A DNA stretch of 64,000 bases from Camelus ferus (taxonomy: Eukaryota). The notes below the pieces were generated by a model. It saw nothing but the letters and a program-made list of their open reading frames with translations. It was not told where the DNA came from and made no database searches. This document shows, one piece after another, positions 1 to 13,267 of the stretch; positions within the stretch are counted from its first letter, which is position 1, and each line of letters begins with the position of its first letter. The translations under genes and the position numbers were made by a program. The stretch covers positions 27,282,001 to 27,346,000 of the forward strand of contig NC_045697.1 in the NCBI RefSeq assembly GCF_009834535.1. Direction: 5' to 3'.

Positions 1-32
1 GCCTTGTCTTCGTTAATGATAGAATTTTGCTT

Positions 33-139
33 GGGGAGGAGGGTATAACTCAGTGGCAGAGCACATGCTTGGCATGCATGAGGTCCTGGGTTCAATCCCC
101 AGCACCTTTTTTTTTTTTTTTTCATCTTCTTTTTTTTAA
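33..139 (+). mobile_element. tRNA-derived SINE (Vic-1-like, camelid) with T-rich tail
   Basis: Head GGGGAGGAGGGTATAACTCAGTGGCAGAG (A box) ... GGGTTCAATCCCC (B box); 11-bp TSD AGAATTTTGCT at 21-31 and 140-150. Confidence 0.9.
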
Positions 140-1329
140 AGAATTTTGCTAAAAGTCACTCTAAAAAAAATCACAGTGAAAACTGTGACCTGCTTTTGTT
201 CTTGATGCAGATTGCAGTGGAGAAGAGCTCTGTGGGCCACTGGTTTGGGATATGGTGAAAGAGATAGATCTCTTGTTTCTACTTTTTCTCTTCTTTGAAT
301 AAGTTTCCTTCTTCTGGACGCTGAGGTGTCTGTCCCACTAACTGCTGCCTGTGATCCTGAACCCACAATCGGAGCAGGCCAACTGGAGAGCTGGCCTGGC
401 TCTCAGAAGGCCTCAGATGGGGCTGGCTGGGGAGTGGGGCTGGGGGAGGAGCCTGACACAAGACCAACCAGAAAGCTTACATGTGACTTCCGGGCAGCCT
501 GTCTGGCAGGAGCCCTTTTCTGGCTACTTGGATTCCAGCAGTACCTCAGAAGTCATCCTTTCCTGTGGTCAAGTGATGTATTTGAAACGTTGCTGATTTT
601 ACATTAATTCTTTCTTTGGAATGTGACCAATGATCCTGCACTTGGCTGGGTGCTAGGGTACAAAGTCAAATAAGCTATGACTGCCCCCTTAAGAAGTAGA
701 ATGACATTTTATGTGCCAAAAATAGATTCTGAATGCTGCGCTGCCAGGAATTAGCAAACACCTGTAAGTTATGGAAGAGGACAGCTGAGAGAATGGGAGG
801 AGCCCCAGTATAATAAACGTCAGCAGTTACGTAAAAAGCTGGCGCTGTACAAAAAGAAACAGACGAATGATAAACTGCTCCAGAAGGCAGGATTTTGCAG
901 ACAGATTTTGGGCTCCTCCTGACAGTGATAGCCATCTAATAATTAAATGGGTTTTATTGAGCAGTGGACGTGGATGGAGGTTTCACCTGGCAAGTCACCG
1001 TCTTCCTGCATCCACACTTCCCACCATGAGGAACGTACTGCTTGACAGTGTCCCCTCTCGTGTCAGATACCTGAGTTGCTCCTAAATCTTTTACATAGAG
1101 ATGAAGTTGTTTCCTGTGATGTCTGGTTGTTCGTCACGGATCTGTTCTGGAGGGACCTTCCAGAATGTAATGCATTTTCCATAGGAAACTTGAGTGGGTT
1201 TTAAAGACCCTTAGGAATTTCTCAGGCTGATGAGTTGGGTGCAGATTGAATGGATATCCTGAGTAGAGGATATAACACGTGCCAAACCAGAATGGAGCAA
1301 AGACACGTAGCTGGAGCTGCTGTGATTGA

Positions 1330-1580
1330 TGTTTTGCAGATTGCATGGTCAGAGATGAGACAGGGAAGAAAAGCTGGGGTCAGATTTTACAGGGATTGAT
1401 ATGCCTTGCTAAGGGAGTTGGGTATTCTTCTTAAGAAGGTTGTGCTGTTAAGTGTTAGCCATTAGAGGCATTAATCAGGAAAGTGAAATAATCGGATTTG
1501 TTTTTAGATTTTGGAGTGGAGGATGGAGTAGAGGGTTGAGAGACAGAGGAGGGAGACCAGTTGGGAGGCTACTGCAGTCA
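1330..1580 (-). mobile_element. LINE-2 fragment
   Basis: Degenerate match to L2 antisense motifs (AGGAGTTGGGTATTCTTCTTAAG...GGAGACCAGTTGGGAGGCTACTGCAGT), recognised by eye; boundaries approximate. Confidence 0.6.
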
Positions 1581-1851
1581 GTGTGAAAACTCCGTCTGTG
1601 TCTTGATCCATAAGTGTAATATGAAGTGGCTTGTTCCTGCTGAACCCGTGTTGATGTCTTCTGATCACTGTCCCTTCTGGTACCCAGAAGGGTTTGAATA
1701 GTCTGTTTATTGGTCTCTGACGGAAGAGAAAGTCAATCAGATTCTGATTTCCTGTCCTATTGATGTTGACTTGCTTGGTTCCTAAGGAATGATATGAAGA
1801 ATAACATGAAAGTAAAATTTCTGATTTGCTTCTGCTTGGTCTTCTAAAATA

Positions 1852-3575
1852 TATATCTTGGTATCGCCCATCTTAAACACAAACCCTCTCCTAACCGCAT
1901 TTTCCATTCCGGCTTCCTCCAGTGACGGGCCCAGCTTTGTGCTCCATTTTTCGAGACTTGCTGTGGTGGCTGCCTTTGCTTCCACTCACCCACTTTCTCC
2001 GGTTTACCAGTTGGGCTTCCATCCTGATCATTTCACTGATGGTTCTTCCCATGTCACCAGCCACCTCCAGCTTGTGAAACCTGGTGATCCCCACTCTGCA
2101 CTTCATTTATCCCATGTCTCAGTAGCTTTTGGCAGAGATGGCAAGGGAGCATTTCTCCTATCCTGAAACACTCTCTTCTCTTGGCCTTTGGAAAACCACA
2201 CCCTCCTGTTTTCCCTTTGAATTCAATGGTGGTTTCTACCCAGTCTCCTTTGTTTGTTCTTCCTCTTCTGTTCTGAGTTTTGTCTTCTACATTTCTCTTC
2301 TAGACACTCTTTCCAGATGAACTCATCATAACATTAAATACCACCTATTTGCTGGCTGACTCCCAAAGGTAATTTACTGCTTAGACTTACTGATGAGTTC
2401 CAGACTCGTCTGTCCCACTCCAAACTTGACTTTTCTACTTAACTGCTAAATAGGCATCTCAAACTCAACATGGTTAAAATAGAACCCTTGAATTTATTCC
2501 CCACCAGCCCTGGCTTTCCCAGTCTTCTGCAGCTCCTAAGTGACAATGACAATTGCTATGGCCAAAATCTGGGAGTCATCTTTGATTTCTCTTTTTCTTT
2601 CACACTTTCATGCAGATTGTTCAAGACCCATTCTAAATCTGTCACGGCTCCATCTTCCCTCACCTGGAATGCAGCAGTACTTCCTAACTTTTCTTCCTGT
2701 TTCCATTCTTGCTTCCTTTTTCCACCAAGCAAGCATCCAGAGCCATCTCTAGAAAACCTGTCCATTCATGCCACTCCCCTGCTCAAAACCTCTCTAGCGA
2801 CTTCCCCCTGTACTTAGACTAAAATCCTGAATTTTGCTGGAGTTTCCACACGGACCTCATTTCCCACACTCTTTCTGGTGCTCTCTGGACCCCAGCCACC
2901 CTGGTGTTCATGTTACTAAATTATGACAACCTCATTCTTCACACTGAGCCTTTGTATTTGTTGTTGCCTCTGCCTGGAAGGCTCTGCTCCCAGCTCTTCC
3001 TGTGGTTGGTTCCTTAGATCCTTATGAACTCAGTTCAAACTTTATCCTCTGGCCTCCCAGTCAAAAGTGTCCCCACACCAGTCTAAAAACATACAACAAA
3101 CTAATGAATAAAACAAAAAAGAAGGAGATTCAGATATGGAGAGTAAGCTAGTGGTTACCAGGCTGAGAGAGAAGGACAGAGGGAGAATATATGGGGTAGG
3201 GGAAAAGGGGGGTTATTGTGGAATTATATGCAATCATGTGTGTGAAATTTTTGAAAATTGTAAAGCACCATAGAACTTAAAGAATCTTTCATTCAATAAA
3301 AATGAATAAATAAAATAAAATCTGATCATGAATTAAACAAACAAAATAAAGGACCCCCACATTGATCGCTGACACTTGATCTGGTTTTAATGTCTTAGAA
3401 CACTTACCACTGCCTGGAATTATCTTGTTGGTTCCTGTGCTTCCTTGTCTACCATCTCCCCACCTGCCTGAGCAACATAGAGCAGGGCCCTTGCCTGGCT
3501 TGCTGCTGGCCAGACCCCGGCACCCAAAACAGTGCCTGCTACAGAGTGGGTGCTTCAGGAATGAGTGAGTGATGC
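1852..3575 (+). mobile_element. LINE-2 3' portion, interrupted by an L1 3' end at ~3083-3350
   Basis: L2 motifs GGCATCTCAAACTCAACATG, CTGGGAGTCATCTTTGATT, TTGCCTCTGCCTGGAAGGCTCT and terminal CAGTGCCTG...GAATGAGTGAGTG. Confidence 0.75.
3083..3350 (+). mobile_element. L1 3' UTR fragment with A-rich tail
   Basis: AAGCTAGTGGTTACCAG, TTGAAAATTGTAAAGCACCATAGAAC, AATAAA plus A-rich tail; degenerate TSD (AAAGTGTCCCCACA / AAAGGACCCCCACA). Confidence 0.75.
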
Positions 3576-4175
3576 TACATTTTTGTATTCACTCTTGGGG
3601 GTGTGCGCCTCCTTTTGTTACTTTTAACTCTTTAATCCAGTTTCGTCTGGAAACCCCCAGTGCAGCCGTAGCACTGCATTTCCTCCTTCTTCCTCTCCGT
3701 CCTCATCAGGACAGATTCTCTTGCTCAGTCCATTCCTAGATCCCACCCTCTCTCCCCGCCCCTCCCGAGCTTCTTTCCCCTCAGGGTCTTTGCTGATAAG
3801 ATAGCATTCACTGGCTCTCCGCTCTTTGAAATCTGCCCACTGCTCATCTTTGGTTTTTATAAGCACAGATTTGGGGGGCATCTACTGATGATAGTTGTGG
3901 GGAAGAGTTCATGAATGTTGAGTAGTCTTTACTGCTGAGGAGCTTTGTGGTGTGTAAGTTAAATCCTTTCAGCTGTGATTTGAGCCCCCCTTTTTTTTTT
4001 TTTTGCATCAACCCTTTCTTTCCCCCCAAATAAATACTTTTTCTGATTATAGAGGCAGTTATGCTCAATGTAAAAAAATATTAGTACAGAAGTGTTAAAA
4101 TTAAAAGTTTCCTTTAATCCCACCTCCTAGAGAGAAATGAACATTAACAGATTGGTGTATATCCTTATAGATTTT

Positions 4176-4293
4176 TGGAGGGTGGGTAGTTAGGTTTATT
4201 TATTTATTTATTTTAGTGCAGGTACTGGGGATTGATCCCAGGACCTCGTGCATGCTAAGCACATGCTCTACCCTTGAGCTATACCCTCCCCCC
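4176..4293 (-). mobile_element. tRNA-derived SINE (Vic-1-like)
   Basis: Reverse complement of SINE head and (AAAT)n tail; 15-bp TSD ATCCTTA[T/C]AGATTTT at 4161-4175 and 4294-4308. Confidence 0.92.
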
Positions 4294-4741
4294 ATCCTTA
4301 CAGATTTTATTTTTTCATTATATAAACAAATGTTTCTATATGTGATCAATTTATATATTCAACTCTACACATTTCTTTTTTTAGAGAGAAAGACCTCTCT
4401 CTCTCTCTCTCTCTCTATCTCCCTCTCCATCTCCCTCTCCATATATATCAAAAATAGAAAGCATATGCAGACATGTAGGTATAGCTATTGATTTAGCTAT
4501 TTTAGACATTGTCTATGATGATAGAGGTACATCCTTCTGAGTGACTGCACGGTTGTGGGCAGCAAGGAGGAAGGAAAGGCTCATTTCACAACTGGCAGAA
4601 CTGCTCTCGGGTGACAGCATCCTCTTTGTTTAGCTTTGATGAGCCATTCTGGTTATGGAAAGAGAGCACGGCCAGGATGGGCTGGAGGTGACTCAGAGAT
4701 GTCTGATCTGCCTCACAAAAGAAACAAACAAGATTTTGGAG

Positions 4742-6009
4742 CAACAAAGGCAAAAATAAGCAAGTGAGACTACATCAGACTAAAAAGCTTCTGCACAGCA
4801 AAGGAAACCATTAACAAAATGAAAAGGCTATCTATGGAATGGGAGAAAATATTTGCAAATTATATATCTGATAAGGGGTTAATATCTAAGATAAATGAAG
4901 AATGCATACTCAATTGCAAAAAAACCCCACAATTTGATTAAAAATGGGCAGAGGAACTGAATAGACATTTTTCCAATGAAGACATACAGAAAAGGTGCTC
5001 AGTAGCACTAATCATCGGGGAAAGGCAAATCCAAACCACAATGAGATATCATCTCACACTTGTTAGAATGGCTGTCATCAAAAAGACAAAATGTAACAAG
5101 TGTTGACTTTGATATGGATTAAAGAAAGCCCTTGTGCACTGTTGGTGGAACGTAAATTGGTGCAGCCACAATGGAAAACGGTATGGAGGTTCCTCCAAAA
5201 ATTAAAAATAGACTACAGTGTGATCCAGCAGTCCCACTTCTGGGTATTATACAAAGGAAATAAAAACAGAATCTTGATGTATCTGTACTCCCATGTTCAC
5301 TGAAGCATTATTCACAATAGCCAAGACATGGAAACAACCTAAATGTCTATCAGTGGATGAATGGGTAAAGAAAATGTGATACACACACACACACACACAC
5401 AATAGGATATTATACAGTCATAAGAAAGAAAGAAATTCTGTTGTTTACGACAACATGGATGGACCTTGAGGGCATGATGCTACGTGAAATAAGTTAGAGA
5501 AAGACAAATACTGTAAGGTATCACTTATATATAGAACCTAAAAAAGTTGAAATCATAGAAACAGAGAGTACAGTGGTGGTTACCAGGGGCTAGGGGTAGG
5601 GGACATGGAGAGATGTTGGTCAAAGAGGATAAACTTCCAGTTAAAAGATGAGTAAGTTCTGAGGATCTAATGTACAACATGGTGGTTATAGTTACTAACA
5701 CTGTATCATATACTTGAAAGTTGCTAAGAGAGTAGATCTTAAATGTTCTCACCACAAAAATGAAACAGTAATTATGTGATGAGATGGAGGTATTAGTAAC
5801 CTTACGGTGGTAATCATTTTGCAATCTATAACTGTATCAAATCAACAGGACGTACATCTTAAAGTTACACAATGTTGAATGTCAGTTATACCTCAGTAAA
5901 GCTGAGGGGAAAGGTACAAGAAGAACAAAATATATACAAATACAAAAAGATACAAGATATAATAAAATAAAATAAAATCCCTAAATAAAAATAACAACAA
6001 TAACAAAAA
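4742..6009 (+). mobile_element. 5'-truncated L1 (ORF2 3' end plus 3' UTR, L1MA-like), non-coding relic
   Basis: ORF2 end motifs CTAAAAAGCTTCTGCACAGCAAAGGAAAC, GGGAGAAAATATTTGCAAA, CCACAATGAGATATCATCTCACAC; A-rich tail; 12-bp TSD AAGATTTTGGAG at 4730-4741 and 6010-6021; contains (CA)n near 5382-5400. Confidence 0.93.
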
Positions 6010-8399
6010 AAGATTTTGGAGAAAGCCAAGCCTCAACAGGACAGGAAGCTGAGGCTAAAGTGAAATTCCTGGTTTTGATGGCGGAGTTGGGAGAATGACC
6101 AAGGTCTTCTAGGGACGGGAAGCCTGGTATTAGTGTCTTGTTAGCTGCTACGTTGATTATGCTGCAGTGATCTCTCTCTCTCTCTTTCTCCCACTATGGC
6201 CTCTCCTTGCTAATATCTCCAAATAGTTATTACAGTCTACAATACATGAGAGGTCGTGTGAGTGTTATTTGTGGACATCGAAGGAAAAGGGCTGTGTGGC
6301 ATGTAGCACACAGTGAACAGAGAAGGGACGAGTTCTAAGAATGAGAGGAAGAAGGACTGGGAAGACAGCCAGTGCTCCTTGGGCTTGGAATCCAGAGGCA
6401 GAGGGAACAGGGGGAGCCATGGACTCCCAGGAACCCCTGGAGAATTTAGGATGGATGCTGGCCTTCTTTTTCCCCAACAGAAGAGATTCTGATCCAGTTT
6501 TTTAATCTGCCAAATGACAGAATGACCCCTCCTGTCATCTGGACTCTATATAGATGTGCATAATTTTGCCAAGCCCCTATTAACAGTCATTTAGATTTCC
6601 CCCGGTTTCCTATCTTTGTTACAGTTTTCTCTGGAACCAAAATCTTGCATAGCTTTGTATGTGTATCTTTTAAGCGGACATAGTTAATTAATATAGATGG
6701 ATAGGAACAATGCCGCCTCCCTCCAAAAAACAGACTAAGCATATTTTGAGTATGATCCCCTTACAGCAAGCGTGGCTTGGGGCCAGTAGTTGCCCTGTGC
6801 TAGTTCCCTGATGTTAAATTTCAATCCAGATCACAGTTTAATTATGAAGGCAGGCTTTAATGGGATTTACTGCTTAAAAAAAAACAACAACTGGAGACAA
6901 ATTGCACATGCATGTGCATAAATGTCACAGCCATGCGATTTCCATTCTCAAAGCTTCATTTATAACACTTGGATTTCTGAAATCTGTCCTTGCTTTTCTC
7001 CTTCCATGATATTCTGGGTTTTCTCAGGACTGCTCGTGATAAATGAGGTGACTCCCACTGACTTTAACAATGCAGAAAAGAAGAAGGAAGACTGTTTTAT
7101 ATTGGGAAGCTGTATTTGGCATTTGTGTTCTAAGAAGAAAATAAAATGACAATAAATAAGATTTGAGGTTTTTCTTTCTTGGCTTTTATATTTCAAAGAG
7201 TGAACAAACCGGTGCCATTATGGAGTGTTTCTGGCATTTTCTTTAATGGCTGGCCTTACAATTTTTGATCTGTATCCAAAACCAGATGTACCAATGTACA
7301 CCTCTTCTATCAACTAACTTCAAATGATGCTATTTTTAAAAATAGATATACAACATACAATATTTTTTAAACTTCTTATTACATTTCTGGCATATATAAC
7401 ACTTTAAAAAAGTTAATTAGCATAATTCAACATAGTTGTTCAATCATTTTTCCTTTAAGGTTTTTGGATGATGTTTTACTTCTTATAGCAAATGTCAACA
7501 ACAGGGAGAAAAGATGTGAAAGAAGATGATTGCTGTCTGGAAGCTTGAAGACTTATCCTTACTTCCTCTTTTAAACTGACAATGTGCATCTTGGAAATGA
7601 AAGTTTCAAAAGAAGAAGTAACCCAAAGAATTTTAAGGTTAGAGATCTTAATTTGGTCAGATAGTTTCTGTGCAGTTAACTACTAAGCAAAGAACGACTA
7701 CTCCTATTTGAGACTCATAATGTAATCTCTGGTTAAAAAAATGCATGTGCATATTTCTCAAAATAAATAACCTAATGCAAATTTAGAATCTGCTGCATCC
7801 TCTGTTTCATAGTTCAGATGTCTGAGCTTCCCCTTCTTCGACTCTATCAGTGCTGAGTGTTTACATTCAATTATCTATACTGGCTCTTAAAAGTTAACAA
7901 ATTCTTTTCATCACAAGCAGAATGTTCTTATTTAGCTTCAGTACAGCTGGTGAGGATCAGTTTAGTTCCATCAAAGAGAGCTGAACACTGCACCAGGCAT
8001 AATGGATACGAAACCATCGAACAGCCCAGGCCTTGGAGGATCTTAGGGGGCTGTGAGGGTGGGCAGGAGTTTGGAGAGCAGTCCTAGACTGATGCTTCAG
8101 TATTATCTGGTAAGAGGTAAAGAAGTACAGTTATGCTTTGGGCATTAGGTGAAGGCTTGTCCCCCTGGGGGTTCCGGAAAGCCATGTAGGAGAAGACGAT
8201 GGGTGAGCTGATTTTTGGAGGAAGAATGAGAAAGAACCAAGTAAAGAGACAAGGCTGAGAGCCATGAAAAGTGTGCGGTGAGGCATGGCCAAGAGGGTGG
8301 GAAAATGAGTGAGTGGGCTTCTGACCTTAGTGGCTGCCTGAGATGAGGAATAGGAAGGATGGGGAGAGGACTTGAGGGAGGGGAGCTGGGGACTTCCAT

Positions 8400-8835
8400 T
8401 TGGGGCTTGTGGGGTTGAGGAGTGGTTTGAGTGACATCCTGTGGGCTGAAGCTCCGAAGAGTGGTCAGGGCCAGAGATACACGGTGGGGCAGGTACATGG
8501 TAGTCAGAACTATGAGGGTGGTTGGCACTATGCAAGGAGAAAGGAGCACTTGGAGACCTGAGTATTTTAGGAGGTGGGTAGGGAAAGGGGAGTCCAAAAA
8601 TGAATATTAAGATAAGAGAAGACCCAGGAGGCAGCGGTGTCCCCAGAACTAAGGCTTAGGGAGTTTCAAGAATGAAGACAAGGACAGCAGTGTCGAGAGC
8701 AGGAATGAAGTAAAGATACTAGCTGTAAAATTTCCCTGCAGTTGGCCCCGTGGGTGGTCACTGATGGCCCTGGGAGTGTCACTGGAGTAGCAGGGGGCGG
8801 ATGCCAGATGTTGGTGAAGAGGGAGGGGAAGGCAA
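8400..8835 (-). mobile_element. LINE-2 fragment
   Basis: Purine-rich degenerate L2 antisense motifs (GAAGACCCAGGAGGCAGCGGTGTC...GTGGTCACTGATGGCCCTGG); approximate. Confidence 0.5.
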
Positions 8836-9619
8836 AGACATGGAGGTGCCATTGTGACTTCTAACTCAACCTGGGAGGGGAGGGGACAGGGAATATATTA
8901 CATGTATGTATACATCTAGATAGCTATAGATTATAAAATTTTCATTCTGCCTGGCCTACTTTTATTTCCTTTTCCTGTTTATCTCTACTCAAGCCCATCC
9001 ACTTTTTGTTTTTTACCTTACCTACCTTTCGACCTTAAAAACAATAACCACAACTAATTTCCATGCCTCTTTGTAATTTACAAAATGCTTTCACATTTAT
9101 CACGGTATATATAATCTGCTCACCCACTCATTAACTGAATTATAGTTGTTTAGGATTGAGATTCAGACACACAGGGTTCCAGATGCCTTGGAATTCAACC
9201 CCTCTTTTGGTGACAAGGAAACTGTGGCTCAGAGAGCCTTACGTCTTAGGTCAATTTCATTGCTGTTTAGTGGGTCCTGGCACTAGAAACCAATCTCCTG
9301 ATTTTCACTGCACGACTCTAATTACAATGGGGGATGTCGGTGAGGTTCAGGCAACCCTGCTGGAACTCAGTACAGGAGGAGCTTTGGCCCATAGCCAAAT
9401 AAGATCCTGTACCTTTAAGCCTCCTGACTCATCCGTGTGCTAATTGCTGGTGAGCAATAAAACCAAACCACAGATCCTCCAGCCTCCTCTGTGGTTATTG
9501 CCTAAGACTCCCTCACTTTGTTCCTACTCTTGTCCCCTGTTGGTAGACATTCGTTCTTTTTGCCAGAGCAGCATCTATTCTTAATCTGTCATCCGCCCCT
9601 CCGTATGGTCCACTGGGAA

Positions 9620-9960
9620 TGACTTATGGCTCATTAGCATGTTACCTTGGCCTCAGTAATTGGTTCAGGGAAGGGTTTGTGATCCAAGTCAGGCAAATCA
9701 GAATCAGTCCTGGAAAAAGAATCTCTGCTGGGGCTGCTGGGGACCACGTGGCCCCTGCCTGGAAAGAGCCTGGGAGGATGAAGCCAACGTGGAAGCAGCA
9801 CCGTGATGGATGGGTTGCTGGGTCCTGGTGATATCACCTGCTCGTGGGATCCAGCCTGCCTGGAGCTGGAGCTCTCCCAGCACCGTCAGGTGCGCAAGCC
9901 AGTAAAGTCCCCATGTTTGATCCTCTTGAGTGGTAGCTGCAACCACAAGAGCCTTAACGA
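9620..9960 (+). mobile_element. MaLR LTR fragment (MLT1J/K-like)
   Basis: AATTGGTTCAGGGAAGGGTTTGTGATCCAAGTCAGGCAAATCAGAATC...TGCAACCACAAGAGCCTTAAC, typical of old MLT1. Confidence 0.65.
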
Positions 9961-10245
9961 ATATTTTCCTTTTTTGTAGCTCTATTTTTTTCCCCCTATG
10001 TCTTGATTTGACTCACTAAGTTTAATCCTCAAATTCTCTAGGATTTGCTTCAGACCAGTCCTCTTACTCTGGGCTTCTTCAAGTTTGCAGTGCAATGCTG
10101 GTTCCGGTCCCATCAGCCATTCCTTCTCTGTAGCCCCTCCCCAAACCCTCTCACGGGTTGAGTTTATGAGCTGCCTGCGCTTTGTGTGAATTGATTATCG
10201 CTATTATTAATAATGACAGAAGAAATTCCTACCCTTAACCCAGCA

Positions 10246-10780
10246 CTTTTTTTATTGTGATAAAATATACATGAGTCACCGTTTTAACCAATATTAGCTG
10301 TACAAATCAGTGGCATTAAGTACATCTACTATGTTGTGAAACTATCACCATTGTTCATTTCCAGGACTTTTTCCTCATCCCAAACAAACTCTGTACCCAT
10401 GAAAAATAATTCCCAATTTCTCCCTCTCCCTGGTAGCTTCCATTCTCTTTTCTGTATGAATTTGCCTATTCTAGGTATCTCATATAAATGGAATCATGTA
10501 ATACTTTTCTTTTATATCTAACTTATTTCACTTAGATAGTTTTTTCAAGGTTTGTCTATGTTGTAGCACGTATCAGAATTTCTTTCCTTCTGAAGGCTGA
10601 ATAATATTGTCTGTTTATCCCGTGTTTTGTTTATCCATGCATCTGGTGATACAGATTTGGACTCTTTCCACCTTTTGACTACTGTGAGTAATGCTGCTGT
10701 GAACATTGATATGCAGGTATCCCTTTGAATCCCTGATTTCAGTTCTTTGGGCAGTAGACCCAGAGGTGGACTCACTGGAT
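10246..10780 (-). mobile_element. L1 3' end (L1MA/MB-like), antisense
   Basis: T-run then CAGTGGCATTAAGTACAT, TCATATAAATGGAATCAT, AATGCTGCTGTGAACATTG, AGACCCAGAGGTGGA. Confidence 0.85.
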
Positions 10781-10785
10781 CAGCC

Positions 10786-10990
10786 CAGCACTTCGTGTGT
10801 GTCAGGCATCGTGCTGTATGCATTTTATGCTCATTATTTTGTCTAACATACACAACAACTTTAGGAGGCAGTATTATTATTCGTACTTTACAGTTAAGGA
10901 ATCTGAGGCTCAGAGAAGTTAGCATGACCAAGGACACATCCTTTTCCATGAACAGTCAATCCCTGTTGGACTCCAGAGGCCATTCTCTTA
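10786..10990 (-). mobile_element. MIR SINE
   Basis: MIR core antisense ATTATTATTCGTACTTTACAGTTAAGGAATCTGAGGCTCAGAGAAGTT. Confidence 0.8.
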
Positions 10991-11051
10991 GTCAGAATAC
11001 TGAGGCCACTATCAAATCATCCCTCAGGCCCTTCAAGAAACGCATGTGGAG

Positions 11052-11207
11052 GGAGAGGGTATGGCTCAGTGGTAGGGTGCATGCTTAGCACGCACAGGTC
11101 ATTGGTTTGATCCCCAGTACCTCCATTAAATAAAAATAAATAAATGAACAAACAAACCTAATTCTGCCCCCCAAAACCCCCCGCCACCCCAAAATAAACA
11201 AATAAAG
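11052..11207 (+). mobile_element. tRNA-derived SINE (Vic-1-like)
   Basis: GGAGAGGGTATGGCTCAGTGGTAG...GGTTTGATCCCCAGTACCTCC plus AT-rich tail; 16-bp TSD with two mismatches at 11036-11051 and 11208-11223. Confidence 0.9.
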
Positions 11208-13267
11208 AGAAACACACGTGGAGTAAATACTGTGTGTAAGGCGCTGGGCCAAATGCCGGAGTACATGGTCACGCGTTCCTCACACCTGGAGTGCTATTGG
11301 TGAATTGGGAGGAGGTACAATCTGTTTTGTGAAGCCCGTCCTGGGTGGAGCCTGGCCCGGTTTTCACACCTGGCATCTTATCTTCTCCCTTTACACTGCT
11401 GAGCTTTATTCTCCACCAGCTGGAGACCAGTCTCTTTCAGGGTTGCTTTCCTGCATGAATCCAATCCTGTCTGGAAGTGGCGGGAACAGGGAAACAAGCT
11501 ACGAAAAAAAAATTACATATTCCTTCTGGTTATAAAAATGACACATAACCATTACAGACAATTTTGGGCAAAAAATAGAAACATAAAGCAAGGAAAACAG
11601 AAACCACCCTATAATCAAGCCATTTAGAGATAATTGTTTTAAATGAAAGTTTAAAATAAATTAATGACATGCTATATTATCCTCTATTAGAAAAGATCAA
11701 AGGAGTTCGTTATCAATTTACTCTGTAAAACAAAAAGGAGAAATTTGTCCCTGGATGCCCCCTGCCCCCAGCTACCTCTAATATGTTTAAATTACTCAAC
11801 TTTGTTACTGTGGATTTATGTCTTCCTATTTGGAGGGCATTCATCATACAGAATTTGCCAGATGGTGCCCTGCGTTGGCTCTATGATTATCCATCATCAT
11901 TAGAAGGAAATGCTCCATAATCTGGCAGCATTAACTTTAATTCTGTGGAAGGAATGTGTGTGCTTTGGAAGAAAGGTTCCATGTGAGGGAAGCATCCAGG
12001 GTGACCTCCCTAGAGAAGACAGTGAATTCTAGCAGTAAACCCCAGATCCCCTCCCTTTGTGCCTCCGTGGAGTCCTCTCAGCCTCCCATCCCTGTAGGTC
12101 AGGCTGCTGTGGCTCCTTATTGTTTTAGCATTGCTCTTCAGGGCTGCTACAGCCATCTGGCACCTTTGTCCAAATTAGAGTCAGGCACCCCTTCCTTCCT
12201 CTGGCAGGAGGCAGGCCCGCCTACAGTGGGGCCAGTGGAACAGTGCTGAAGACGTTTTCACCTGCTTCCTTGGCCAGGCATCCTTGTTCAGGGAACAACA
12301 CCTAAAACACTATAGAATGGTCCTGGTTCTGTCTTTCTGAGGCTCGTCCCTCTCTGGGGATGCGGAGGCTGTAGAGATTCCAGAGCTAGGTGATGTAGCC
12401 CCATTTCTAGCTGAGCCCTGGTGCCGTGGTCCTCAATCAAACATGTGTTTATTTACTGAGCTCTTGCTATTGACAAGTCTAGTCCCCACGGGAAGCCACC
12501 TTCTTTCCGCCTTCTCCTTGGCCACAGCCACCACCAGCTCTGTCTTTTAGAGACTAGAACATTTAACAAAATCCTCTAAATCTCAGCTGAATTTATTGGC
12601 AGTTGTTTTGTCTACAGGTGCTTGAAATATCACTATGTAATTACTGAATTCACAGCTATCCAGATGAGCACTGCTCAGGTAGTCACAGACATGTCAGCAA
12701 GGTCTTTCAGAACTATGGCCCCATCTAAAACTCTCGTTTCTAATTCAGGTTTTCATTTGAACCTAAAGCCCTCTCTCCTTCTGCTGAAACAGATTCTATT
12801 TCTTCTTTGGGTTTTTGTTCTCAAACTTGCCAGGGCTGCTTGGTCTCAAGCCTTTCCCTCTATTCAGCCACTGCTGAAGCATCGCTCTCTTATAACTATT
12901 GCTATTAAACTCAGATTTTCCTTGACCTGGGGAGCCCAGATCCATGGCTCCAGCATCCTTAGTTTTTGCTTTACCACAGTGATATTTGTATAAGGGCAAA
13001 AACAGCAATTGTCTTGGATGTGGTGGATGAATTTTTCATTTTAGAAAAATCTTTGCACCATTGTGCAGATGAAATGTAATTTTGTGGAAATCTGGGATAC
13101 AGAGGCAAGTTAAGCTGCTTAAATACAGATCCTTGTTTTGTCTAGTTAATTCACCCTCAAAAATGTGGGTACGATGAAATTCAGGTTATTATTGCCCATT
13201 CACAAAAAGAGTACTGATTGCTATGTGTATGGCAGATGTGATACAAAGCTGTGGTCTAGAGCTGAAG

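Noticed and set aside
33..106. tRNA gene (also the five similar copies)
   Set aside because: Multiple diverged copies with tails and TSDs and no convincing acceptor or anticodon stems; these are SINEs.
5100..5303. L1 ORF2-like peptide as an active element
   Set aside because: The element is 5'-truncated, frameshifted and has deletions; it is a dead relic.
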